A stretch of DNA of 6,544 bases from Octopus sinensis (Eukaryota): assembly GCF_006345805.1 (NCBI RefSeq), contig NW_021829315.1:1-6544 (forward strand). Direction: 5' to 3'. Made by a program: the position numbers and the translations under genes. Shown one piece after another: positions 6,423 to 6,544 of this stretch (the first letter of the stretch is position 1; the number at the start of each line of letters is the position of its first letter). The notes under the pieces were generated by a model. It did no database searches, had not been told where the DNA came from, and saw nothing but the letters and a program-made list of their open reading frames with translations.

Positions 6423-6544
6423 AGCTATGAATCAAAAGCAGACCAAAATTGAGTGTTTGGCATCTGGAATGTTGCCAGGTGCTCATTGAATTGTACCGGC
6501 TGGACAAAACCGTTAGCGAGAAAACAATTCAAGGTTTTTAAAGG

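Larger units (their letters stand above)
5200..6544 (+). mobile_element. Decayed L1/Tx1-like LINE ORF2 remnant, interrupted by two SINEs
   Basis: LRKDPNKGDVIENLRSMTLLNTELNILPKGLNKRL, HLMRYIL..GALINLD (5460-5477), FDRI..VLKTVGFG..WISTVYSG..VKLNGHLSGPLNI*CSV (to 5640), then RFL..QHPIRDGLGIPFL, HVLMLKHL, SLTELQSW (to ~6145) and IKSRPKLSVWHLECCQVL (from ~6431). These resemble non-LTR RT N-terminal motifs and the downstream GGLG region. The left boundary is approximate. Confidence 0.82.

Overview
Eukaryotic, repeat-derived window with no host gene recognisable; the SINE sequences resemble octopus/cephalopod families as I recall them (inference). In order: (1) 1-~3472 is the 3' part of a decayed Penelope-like retroelement (PLE), with a frameshifted RT C-terminus/thumb, a Cys linker, a C-terminal GIY-YIG endonuclease and a ~2 kb modular 3' region. 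That region alternates purine-pyrimidine (RY) blocks with almost G-free blocks and carries a minimal type I hammerhead ribozyme (3275-3349) plus a type III hammerhead-shaped fold whose core octamer is the exact reverse complement of the canonical one (2718-2811). (2) A (TA)n tract and a minus-strand tRNA-SINE fragment. (3) Microsatellites. (4) A TA-flanked non-autonomous mariner built from two 5' ends facing each other (4281-5156). (5) A decayed L1/Tx1-like LINE ORF2 remnant (~5200-6544) interrupted by two tRNA-SINEs with visible target-site duplications, one carrying a perfect (GAAACCGG)8 array. Most ORFs in the supplied track are microsatellite or low-complexity artefacts. All alignments and folds were done by eye.
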